Assembly (NCBI GenBank): GCA_044866005.1
Contig: JBIOTN010000193.1
Coordinates: forward strand, 1 to 15,325
Reading direction: 5' to 3'
DNA length: 15,325 bases
Source: Candidatus Rokuibacteriota bacterium
Lineage (GTDB): Bacteria; Methylomirabilota; Methylomirabilia; Rokubacteriales; DASRDR01
In this document: one piece after another, positions 6,985 through 15,325 of the stretch
Layout: each line of letters opens with the position of its first letter
How positions within the stretch are numbered: the stretch's first letter is position 1
Position numbers and translations under genes: made by a program
Notes under the pieces: generated by a model
Databases searched by the model: none
Seen by the model: the letters and a program-made list of their open reading frames with translations, nothing else
Told to the model about the DNA's origin: nothing

Positions 6985-7974
6985 GTGAGATCAACAAGCG
7001 CTAGACTCTCCGTCGTCGTCGCCCTTCTGCTGCTCACCGCGCCGCTTGTCGTCGGCGCGCAGCTGGCGGGGAAGGTCTATCTCATTGGCATGCTGGAGAC
7101 GAGATCCGCCGTACTCAACGCTGCCAACATCGGTGCTTTCCGACAAGGGCTGCGGGAACTTGGGTACAGGGAGGGTCAGAACCTCGAGATCGTGTACCGA
7201 TCGTCGGATGGCCGGGACGAACGGTTCCCGGACCTGGCGAGCGAGCTGGTTCGCCTGAAGGTGGATCTGATCGTGACGAGGGGGACGCCAGCGGCTCTGG
7301 CGGCAAAGAGTGCGACACGAACCATCCCGGTGGTCATGGCAGCCAGTGGCGATCCTGTCGGATCCGGCCTCGTCGGCAGCCTCGCGCACCCGGGCGGGAA
7401 TCTGACGGGGCTCAGCCTCTTTAACGTCGAAATATATGCGAAACGGGTCGAGCTGCTCAGAGAGCTGGTTCCGAGACTCACACGAATCGCGGGCCTCTTC
7501 AATATGGGTAACCCCGTTCTCCCACTTCAGTGGAAAGAAGTAGAGCGGGCGGCGCGATCTCTCGGTATCCAGCCTCAGCTTCTCGACGTGCGACGCCCCC
7601 AAGATTTGCCGCAAGCTTTCGATGCAGCAGCGAAGCAGCGTGCCGAGGCGCTCATCGTGGGACTCGACGGTGTCACGCAGGGGAATCTACGACTGATCGC
7701 TGAGCTTGCCGCCAAGCAGCGCCTGCCGTCGATTTATGCGGCCAGGGAGTATGTGGACTTCGGAGGGCTGGTCACCTACGGTGCGAGCGACCTTCACATG
7801 TATCACCGAGCGGCCACCTTTGTTGACAAGATCTTCAAAGGCGCCAACCCTGCCGATCTCGCCGTCGAGCAGCCGACGAAGTTCGAGTTGGTGATCAATC
7901 TAAAGACCGCCAAGGCCCTCGGTCTCACGATCTCACCATCGCTGCTGCTCCGGGCGGATCAGGTGATCGAGTGA
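6985..7974 (+). CDS. Orphan ABC transporter substrate-binding protein (ABC_sub_bind / PF04392-like), likely an integron gene cassette
   Basis: Signal peptide and family motifs FRQGLRELGY.EGQN, TIPVVM...DPVGSGLV.SLAHPGGNLTG, VEQPTKFELVINLKTAKALGLTI. Visibly lower GC and more A/T-ending codons than its neighbours. GTG 6985 is 6 nt after GGAGG; ATG 6979 is an alternative start. Confidence 0.93.
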   Translation: MRSTSARLSVVVALLLLTAPLVVGAQLAGKVYLIGMLETRSAVLNAANIGAFRQGLRELGYREGQNLEIVYRSSDGRDERFPDLASELVRLKVDLIVTRGTPAALAAKSATRTIPVVMAASGDPVGSGLVGSLAHPGGNLTGLSLFNVEIYAKRVELLRELVPRLTRIAGLFNMGNPVLPLQWKEVERAARSLGIQPQLLDVRRPQDLPQAFDAAAKQRAEALIVGLDGVTQGNLRLIAELAAKQRLPSIYAAREYVDFGGLVTYGASDLHMYHRAATFVDKIFKGANPADLAVEQPTKFELVINLKTAKALGLTISPSLLLRADQVIE

Positions 7975-8038
7975 GGGATCGTGCCGGTTGCGGCAATCGT
8001 GTACGCGAAATCTTAGCCGACGACGATGTGGGTTGCAG

Positions 8039-8140
8039 CCGCCCGACACCACGCTGCAGCGGGCCGGGAGCATGAGGACGCGGAGGCGCCGGCGGAAGGG
8101 GTCGAGGACTCCCGGCCGCCGGCTCGCCGCTGTCAACGGC
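8039..8140 (+). mobile_element. Degenerate attC site
   Basis: R''-like GCCCGAC (8041-8047, one change from GCCCAAC), then ACCACGCTGCAGCGG-G-CCGGGAG whose 3' part pairs with CTCCCGGCCGC (8109-8119) leaving one unpaired base. The right-hand L' and R' boxes are eroded. Confidence 0.5.
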
Positions 8141-8158
8141 GCGGAAGGACCTGCCTGG

Positions 8159-8380
8159 TCAGGGGGAGGCAGGCCCGAACCGTTCGCCGCCACGGCCGGG
8201 ACTTGGTCCCGCCAATCGATCAGAGCGGCCGCGGCTCAAGCCCGGAGGGCGGTAGAGCCCCCCTCCGAAATGATGATCGTCGTCCCAGCTGCCCTGGTTC
8301 ACGTTCCGGCCACACCAGGGGCACTTCACGGTGGAGGACGGCACGGGGCTCCGGCATCCGGGACAGAGGACCGGGAGCAT
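8159..8380 (-). CDS. Small putative zinc-ribbon protein (73 aa, CPGC-x10-CPWC)
   Basis: Two CxxC pairs at the N-terminus. ATG lies 9 nt downstream of TG-C-TAGAAT. The C-terminal part is low-complexity. Confidence 0.5.
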   Translation of the reverse strand: MLPVLCPGCRSPVPSSTVKCPWCGRNVNQGSWDDDHHFGGGLYRPPGLSRGRSDRLAGPSPGRGGERFGPASP

Positions 8381-8389
8381 GTGGGGCAG

Positions 8390-8398
8390 ATTCTAGCA
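8390..8398 (-). promoter_or_regulatory. Extended -10 promoter element
   Basis: TG-C-TAGAAT on the minus strand, 9 nt before ATG 8380. Confidence 0.5.
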
Positions 8399-8481
8399 AG
8401 CCGCCGGTCCGGTTTGCCAGCCGCCCGGCTCTCCCGCCGCGCGCCCGGCGACGCCAGGCCCGGACGGCGCGCCGCCGAGCG

Positions 8482-8498
8482 CTGGCATCCCGCTTGCT
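8482..8498 (+). promoter_or_regulatory. Sigma54 (RpoN) -24/-12 promoter upstream of glgX
   Basis: CTGGCATCCCGCTTGCT: GG (8484-8485), 10 nt, GC (8496-8497), close to the YTGGCAC-N5-TTGCW consensus. Confidence 0.65.
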
Positions 8499-8513
8499 GG
8501 CCCAGAGGCTGAC

Positions 8514-10679
<2,166 letters not shown>

Positions 10680-10768
10680 AAGACGCGGGCCCGTCCGGTC
10701 CGCCGGGCCGAGACCCGCGCCGCCCGTCCCCCCGCCTGCCCCAGGCTCCGTCGTCCGGACCCGTCAGG

Positions 10769-10896
10769 CGGGCCGATAACCGTCGCATGCCGGCGACACA
10801 GGGGACGACTTCGCCCTCGCCTTGTCCTGGGGGAGGCAGGCCCGAGGCCTACGCCGAAGGGCGAAGGCCTCGGCTGGTCGCACAGCCGGCCCGGCG
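10769..10896. repeat. Second member of the palindromic repeat family, containing a strong hairpin
   Basis: 10769-10788 matches 615-634 at 19/20. Right end GGCTGGTCGC...CGGCCCGGCG resembles GGCTGCTCGC...CGGCCCGGCG of the first copy. Hairpin CCGAGGCCT-A-CGCC-GAAG-GGCG-A-AGGCCTCGG at 10842-10873 has no U-tract. Confidence 0.55.
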
Positions 10897-10899
10897 ACC

Positions 10900-11715
10900 T
10901 CAGCGGGCCTCGTAGCCGGGGGAGACTTCCACCTCCATCTCGGCCGGCGAGGCCGGGCGCCCGTCGAAGGAAACCGCCATCTGGTCCCCGATCGGCCGCT
11001 TCCGGTTGATCTTCACGACGATGTTCCACTCGTCGTGGGAGCCCGTGCTGTAGACGCTGCTGGCGCGGAGCGCGTAGTAGCGGATGAAGGCGGCGCGGCG
11101 CTCCCGGTTCTCGGCGATCTCCTTGCGGAACGGCTCGTCGGCGGCGGCGCGCGTCGCCACGTAGCGCTCGAGGCAGCCGCTGAGGTCGTCCCGGCCGCAG
11201 CCGAAGAAGGCGCGCATGTCGCCCGGCCCCGTGAAGTGCGCCATGTCGAAGTCCTTGCCGGTCCCGTCCTCGCCGGCGAGGACCGCGGTCCACATCACCA
11301 TGTACTCGCCGCCGCCCGCCGACTTGCCGTCCACCGGCGGCAGGTCGTACACGGCCGGATTCATGACCCACACCGCCCCGCCGTACTCCCGCTCCAGCTT
11401 CGTCTTCACGGCCGCGGCGATCTCCACGTTCAGCTTCTCGTAGCCGCCACCCCGCTGGCTGATCGGCGTGCTCTCGTAGACGGTGAGCTTGCCGGCCCGG
11501 CGCTGGGCCCGGACGTCGTCGCGGATCTTCTGGACCTGGCTCTGGATCACCCGGTCGAAGGCCGGGTCCGCGCAGTACTTGATCCCGATGACGGTCGTCG
11601 TCTCCTGCCGCGGCGCCTTGCACTCCGCGGCGACCCCGCTCGCGCTCCAGACGAGCACGACGGCCAGCCCACCGACGACCCTGCCCGCCGCCCGCTGCCA
11701 CCCGGATCGTCTCAT
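10900..11715 (-). CDS. Secreted hypothetical protein (about 271 aa), possible nucleoside 2-deoxyribosyltransferase/DUF4406-like fold
   Basis: GGAGG RBS before ATG 11715. Signal peptide (MRRSGWQRAAGRVVGGLAVVLVWSASGVAA). Motif order YESTPIS...VMNP...EYM...FD...YSTGSHDEW. Confidence 0.8.
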   Translation of the reverse strand: MRRSGWQRAAGRVVGGLAVVLVWSASGVAAECKAPRQETTTVIGIKYCADPAFDRVIQSQVQKIRDDVRAQRRAGKLTVYESTPISQRGGGYEKLNVEIAAAVKTKLEREYGGAVWVMNPAVYDLPPVDGKSAGGGEYMVMWTAVLAGEDGTGKDFDMAHFTGPGDMRAFFGCGRDDLSGCLERYVATRAAADEPFRKEIAENRERRAAFIRYYALRASSVYSTGSHDEWNIVVKINRKRPIGDQMAVSFDGRPASPAEMEVEVSPGYEAR

Positions 11716-11811
11716 CGTCGTCCCTCCGCGGCCGCCGCGCGCGGCCGAGCGATGGGTCATCCCGCGTTCACCCACGGTGCCCTGTAACGATTCCATCGAG
11801 CCGGCCCGGAA

Positions 11812-12762
11812 TCAAGCCCCTCGGCCGACGCGGCCCCCGGCGAGCGATCGCAGGCGCGCGCCCGCCTCCACGAGCCCGCCCGGCAGGAGCAGGACCACGA
11901 GGACGAAGAGCGCGCCGAAGATCAGGAGGTGGAGGTCCACCCAGCGCACGGCCAGGTACTCCTTGAGGAAGACGTAGAAGAGCGCGCCGAGCACGGGGCC
12001 GTGGAGCGTCCCCACGCCGCCGATGAACGTGATCAGCAGCGCGTCGAAGGTCCAGGCCGGGTGGAACGGGTGCTGGGGGTAGTAGCTGATGTGGTAGTAG
12101 GCGAAGACCCCGCCCGCCAGGCCGGCGAACCACGTCGAGAGCGCGAGCGCCACGAGCTTTACGGGGAGCGCCCCCACGCCGGTGGCCTCGGCCGCCCCTT
12201 CGTCCTCGCGCACGGCCCGCATCCCGAGCCCGACCCGCGAGGCGGCCAGCCAGGCGACCACGCTGACCGTGGTCGCGGCGAGGGCGAGCGCCACATAGTA
12301 GCGATCGGTCAGGCGGTAGCCGGCGATGGTGGCGGTCGGCAGCGTGGAGATCTCGGACAGGACGTTGCCGACCGTGATTCGCAGGATCTCGGCGAGGGCG
12401 AGGGTCGCGATCGCGAAGTAGGCGCCCCGGAGCCGGAAGGCGGGCAGCCCCACCGCCAAGCCGAACAGCGTCGCGACGCCGGCGCCGGCGGCCATCGCCA
12501 CCCCGATCGGCGTGCCCCCGACCCAGAGGAGTCGCGTGACGAGCGCGCCCAGGCCGAAGAACGCGGCGTGCCCGAGGTTGACCTGCCCGGCGTAACCCGC
12601 GACGATGTTCCAGCTCTGGGCGAGCGTGACGAAGAGGAGGAACAGGAAGAGGAAATTCAGGACGTCGTCGCGGTGGACCGCGAGCGGGACGGCCGCGAGG
12701 ACGAGGAAGAGCCCGAGCGTCGCGAGCCACCAGCGCCGCTCGGCGGGGCCGAGCCGGGTCAC
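11812..12762 (-). CDS. livM: Branched-chain amino acid-type ABC transporter permease (LivM-like)
   Basis: SWNIVAGYAGQVNLGHAAFFGLG, RLRGAYFAIATL, AVREDEGAAEATGV, GGVGTLHGPVLG. GTGA overlap with the livH stop at 12759-12762. Confidence 0.92.
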   Translation of the reverse strand: MTRLGPAERRWWLATLGLFLVLAAVPLAVHRDDVLNFLFLFLLFVTLAQSWNIVAGYAGQVNLGHAAFFGLGALVTRLLWVGGTPIGVAMAAGAGVATLFGLAVGLPAFRLRGAYFAIATLALAEILRITVGNVLSEISTLPTATIAGYRLTDRYYVALALAATTVSVVAWLAASRVGLGMRAVREDEGAAEATGVGALPVKLVALALSTWFAGLAGGVFAYYHISYYPQHPFHPAWTFDALLITFIGGVGTLHGPVLGALFYVFLKEYLAVRWVDLHLLIFGALFVLVVLLLPGGLVEAGARLRSLAGGRVGRGA

Positions 12763-13628
12763 CGGCCGAACAGCCCCTGGGGGCGGGCCACGAGGACGCA
12801 GACGAAGAGCAGGAGCCCGACGACCTCGCGGTAGGGTCCGCCGAAGGCGAAGGCGCTCCCGGCCTCGGCAAGGCCGAGGACCAGGCCCCCGACGAACGTC
12901 CCGACCATCGAGCCGAGCCCGGCCAGCACGACGACGATCAGCGCCTTCAACGTCCATTCCAGGCCGATGACCGGGCTCACCGAGTAGCCGACGCTGACGA
13001 GGTTCCCCGCGGCGCCGGCCAGGGCGGTGCCGATGGCGAAGGCGAGGAGATAGGCGCGGCGCACGTCGATCCCCACCAGGGAGGCCGCTTCCCAGTCCTC
13101 GGCCGTCGCCCGGATGGCGCGGCCCCACCGGCCACGGCTCAAGAAGAGGTGGAGCGCGCCGATGAGGAGCGCGGCGAGGAGGAGGCTCGCCAGGCGGACC
13201 ACAGGCACGGCGAGGCCGCCGAGCCGGAGCACCTGGCCGCCGTACGCGGTCGGGATGGCGCGCTCGTCCGCGGTGAAGAGGCGAACCGCCAGCGCGTGGA
13301 ACGCGAGGGCGAGGCCGAACCCGACCAGGAGCGAGTTCTTGACGCGCGTCTCCTCGGGGAGCCGCACCACGAACCCGAAGAGCGTGCCGTAGAGGACGAT
13401 CCCGAGCGCGGCGGAGAGCGGGACGACCAGGAGCAGCGCGAGAAACGGGTCGAGGCCGAGCAGGGCGAAGAGCCAGAAGGCGGCGTAGCCGCCGACCATG
13501 ATGAGCTCCCCGTGGGCGACGTTCAAGACCTTCAGCACCCCGAAGATCAGCGACAGCCCGGCGGCCGCCAGGCCGTAGAGGCCCCCGAGGAGCAGGCCGA
13601 GGAGGAGCTGCTGGAGGAGCGCGCTCAC
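12759..13628 (-). CDS. livH: Branched-chain amino acid-type ABC transporter permease (LivH-like)
   Basis: YGLAAAGLSLIFGVLKVLNVAHGE, GRAIRATAED.EAASLVGI, VVLAGLGSM.G, RPQGLFG. Confidence 0.93.
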   Translation of the reverse strand: MSALLQQLLLGLLLGGLYGLAAAGLSLIFGVLKVLNVAHGELIMVGGYAAFWLFALLGLDPFLALLLVVPLSAALGIVLYGTLFGFVVRLPEETRVKNSLLVGFGLALAFHALAVRLFTADERAIPTAYGGQVLRLGGLAVPVVRLASLLLAALLIGALHLFLSRGRWGRAIRATAEDWEAASLVGIDVRRAYLLAFAIGTALAGAAGNLVSVGYSVSPVIGLEWTLKALIVVVLAGLGSMVGTFVGGLVLGLAEAGSAFAFGGPYREVVGLLLFVCVLVARPQGLFGR

Positions 13629-13704
13629 CGCGCCGGCCTGCGCGCCGGACGTCCCGGCCGTGATGCCGGACGCCGGGATGCGACGGGGATCGGGCCGGTG
13701 CGGC

Positions 13705-14418
13705 TCATCCGGCGAGGGGGCCGAGATACGCCCGCCGCACCTGCGGGTCCCCGAGGAGGGCCCGGCCGGTCCCCTCGCCCGTGACCCGGCCCCCCTCCAG
13801 GATGTAGGCGCGGTGCGCGAGGGCCAGGACCGCCTGCACGTTCTGCTCGGCGACCAGCACGGAGACGCCGGCGCGGTTGACCTCGCCGAGGATCTGGAAG
13901 ATGGACTCGACGACGCGCGGCGCGAGCCCGAGCGACGGCTCGTCGAGCATCAAGAGCGCCGGCCGCGTCATCAGCGCGCGGCCGATGGCGACCATCTGCT
14001 GCTCGCCGCCCGAGAGCGCCCCGGCGAGCTGGCGCGCGCGCTCCCGCAGCCGCGGAAAGAGCTCGTAGACGCGGGCCAGCGTCGTCCCGCGGTGCGCCAG
14101 GGCCCGGGGCGTGAAGGCGCCGAGCTCGAGGTTCTCCTCGACCGTCATGCGTCCGAAGAGGCGGCGTCCCTCGGGGACGAGCGCGATGCCCCGCTCGACG
14201 ATCTGATGGGGGAGCGCCGTCTTCAGGTCCGTCGCCTCCCAGCGGATCACGCCGGCGCGCGCCCGGAGAAGCCCGCTCACGCACCTGAGGAGGGTCGACT
14301 TGCCGGCGCCGTTCGATCCGACCAGCGCGACGATCTCGCCGGGCCGCACCGCGAGCGTGACACCGGCGAGGGCGCGCAGGCCGCCGTACGCCGCCTCGAG
14401 GTCCCGGACCTCAAGCAC
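13705..14418 (-). CDS. livF: ABC transporter ATP-binding protein (LivF-like)
   Basis: Walker A GSNGAGKS, VPEGRRLF, signature LSGGEQQM, Walker B LMLDEPSLGLAP, EQN motif. Confidence 0.95.
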   Translation of the reverse strand: MLEVRDLEAAYGGLRALAGVTLAVRPGEIVALVGSNGAGKSTLLRCVSGLLRARAGVIRWEATDLKTALPHQIVERGIALVPEGRRLFGRMTVEENLELGAFTPRALAHRGTTLARVYELFPRLRERARQLAGALSGGEQQMVAIGRALMTRPALLMLDEPSLGLAPRVVESIFQILGEVNRAGVSVLVAEQNVQAVLALAHRAYILEGGRVTGEGTGRALLGDPQVRRAYLGPLAG

Positions 14419-15157
14419 CGGCCCGGCTCCCGCCGCCGCCCGCCGTGCCGAGGTAGACCTCGACCACGACCGGGTCGGCGGCGACCGCGGCCGGCGGGCC
14501 GTCGGCGATCTTCTCGCCGGCGCTCAGGACGACGATCCGGTCCGCGAGATCGAGGAGCGCCCAGACGATGTGCTCCACCATGACGAGGGTCAGCCCGTCG
14601 CCGAGGAGCCGGCGGATCAGGCCCATGGCGGCGGCCGTCTCGGTCGCGTTGAGCCCCGCCATGAACTCGTCGAGCAGGAGGAGGTGGGGCCCGGAGGCGA
14701 GGGCCCGGGCGAGCTCGAGGCGCTTGCGCTCCATCACCGTGAGCTGCGCGGCCGGCCGCTCGGCCTTGGCCTCGAGCCCGACCAGGGCCAGCACGCGCTC
14801 CGCCTCGGCGGCTCCGGCGCGTCGCCCGGGCCGCGCCCGGCCGTAGAGCTGGCCGACGAGGACGTTTTCGCGCGCGGTGAGCCCGAGGAAGGGGCGGACG
14901 AGCTGGAAGGTGCGCGCGACCCCGCGGGCGGCGATGCGGTGGGAGGCGAGGCCCGTGATGTCCTCGCCGCGGAGCCGGATCCGCCCGGCGTCGGGCGCCA
15001 GCGCGCCCGCGACCAGGTTGAAGAGCGTGGTCTTCCCCGAGCCGTTCGGGCCCATCACCCCGAGCAGCTCCCCGGCTCTCACGGCGAGGCTCACGTCGCG
15101 GACGGCCAGGAGCCCGCCGAAGGCCTTGGAGACGCCCTCCACCTCCAGGCACGTCAT
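14411..15157 (-). CDS. livG: ABC transporter ATP-binding protein (LivG-like)
   Basis: KAFGGL, Walker A GPNGSGKTT, RTFQ, LLLDE, VEH, C-terminal VVEVYLG. Overlaps livF by 8 nt. Confidence 0.94.
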   Translation of the reverse strand: MTCLEVEGVSKAFGGLLAVRDVSLAVRAGELLGVMGPNGSGKTTLFNLVAGALAPDAGRIRLRGEDITGLASHRIAARGVARTFQLVRPFLGLTARENVLVGQLYGRARPGRRAGAAEAERVLALVGLEAKAERPAAQLTVMERKRLELARALASGPHLLLLDEFMAGLNATETAAAMGLIRRLLGDGLTLVMVEHIVWALLDLADRIVVLSAGEKIADGPPAAVAADPVVVEVYLGTAGGGGSRAGA

Positions 15158-15285
15158 GACGTCGCGCTCAGGCTCCCGACGAGTGGGGGCGGATCCCGCT
15201 GACCGCCGCTGAGCGCGCGCGCGGGCCGCCCGGGTCCTGTCGCCGGCTTGCCCCGGTCCGGCCGGGCTCCGTCACCCGTTCGCGC

Positions 15286-15315
15286 CCTCCCGCAGTTCTC
15301 GGGAACTGCGGGAGG
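15286..15315. repeat. Perfect 13-bp inverted repeat upstream of livG
   Basis: CCTCCCGCAGTTC-TCGG-GAACTGCGGGAGG, with no U-tract on either side. Confidence 0.7.
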
Positions 15316-15325
15316 AGCGTGAAGG

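Noticed and set aside
10842..10873. Intrinsic terminator between convergent genes
   Set aside because: The stem is strong but has no U-tract on either strand, so it was recorded as part of a repeat instead.
11812..13128. 438-aa livM from the ORF track
   Set aside because: The N-terminal extension overlaps livH off-frame. The GTGA-coupled start at 12762 gives a normal-length permease.
15154..15325. C-terminus of an upstream gene or a 35-aa leader peptide (15168-15275, minus strand)
   Set aside because: The open frames are low-complexity with no recognisable similarity and cannot be supported from this window.

Overview
A very GC-rich bacterial window. The gene repertoire resembles Candidatus Rokubacteria/Methylomirabilota, but that is an inference. 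Left to right: a cupin; an orphan CoxL/xanthine-dehydrogenase-family molybdopterin large subunit (AYRGAGR type) with a small upstream hypothetical gene; a divergent two-gene unit of a membrane HAMP class III nucleotidyl cyclase with Cya2-type guanylate-cyclase signatures plus a UdgX-family uracil-DNA protein; a structured non-coding gap; a decayed integron (frameshifted, truncated intI followed, in the same orientation, by a lower-GC ABC substrate-binding protein gene bounded by a GTTGGGC core and a degenerate attC); a possible small zinc-ribbon gene; glgX behind a sigma54-type promoter; a secreted hypothetical protein with nucleoside-deoxyribosyltransferase-like motifs; and a livG-livF-livH-livM ABC transporter. 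Several intergenic gaps hold related imperfect-palindrome repeats. No rRNA, tRNA or CRISPR array was seen.
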